Made by a program: the position numbers and the translations under genes. DNA of 64,000 nucleotides from an uncultured delta proteobacterium (lineage in GTDB: Bacteria > Myxococcota_A > UBA9160 > SMWR01): the NCBI GenBank assembly GCA_963832165.1, contig CAWHTE010000004.1, positions 480,001 through 544,000 on the forward strand, read 5' to 3'. Of this stretch, positions 63,986 to 64,000 are shown piece after piece. Position 1 is the stretch's first letter. Every line of letters starts with the position of its first letter. The notes below the pieces were generated by a model. The model searched no databases and had not been told where the DNA came from. It worked only from the letters and a program-made list of their open reading frames with translations.

Positions 63986-64000
63986 GGCGGGATCCGCTCG
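63986..64000 (-). repeat. partial REP at the window edge
   Basis: GGCGGGATCCGC matches the start of the reverse-oriented REPs elsewhere in the window. Confidence 0.55.

Overview
High-GC bacterial DNA. PEP-CTERM-type anchors, many acyl-CoA enzymes and amidohydrolases suggest a Myxococcota/Binatia-like organism (inference only). Many otherwise typical genes carry single-base frameshifts, as in an unpolished long-read assembly. From left to right the window holds: a CheB/CheR-PAS fusion with a PAS kinase and NarL-type regulator; an MpaB-family oxygenase; a DUF222-like HNH protein; and an IS91/ISCR transposase remnant. A ~4.9 kb C-depleted, low-quality block follows (8535-13413; probably a basecalling artefact) and appears to split the IS91 oriIS. 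Next come an ECF sigma/YciI pair, GST, YqeY, a carboxylesterase, a methyltransferase, an SBP-SCO-cupredoxin-like module, a TetR-AtuA-biotin carboxylase operon, a TIGR03084 protein and an acyl-CoA dehydrogenase pair. The most striking part is an array of four ~1300-aa surface proteins, each with exactly 14 FG-GAP repeats and a PEP-CTERM-type tail. Two of them sit with a LuxR-AAA regulator, its paired candidate promoters and a DUF4242-like gene between 715-bp direct repeats of the acyl-CoA dehydrogenase 3' end. The right part has a putative nucleotidyltransferase toxin-antitoxin pair, two amidohydrolases, a RAYT transposase with GTAG REPs, a hybrid kinase and steroid C/D-ring (HIP) catabolic genes (ipdF, fadE30, fadD3). 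No rRNA, tRNA or CRISPR array was recognised. All family calls come from motif recognition, not database searches.
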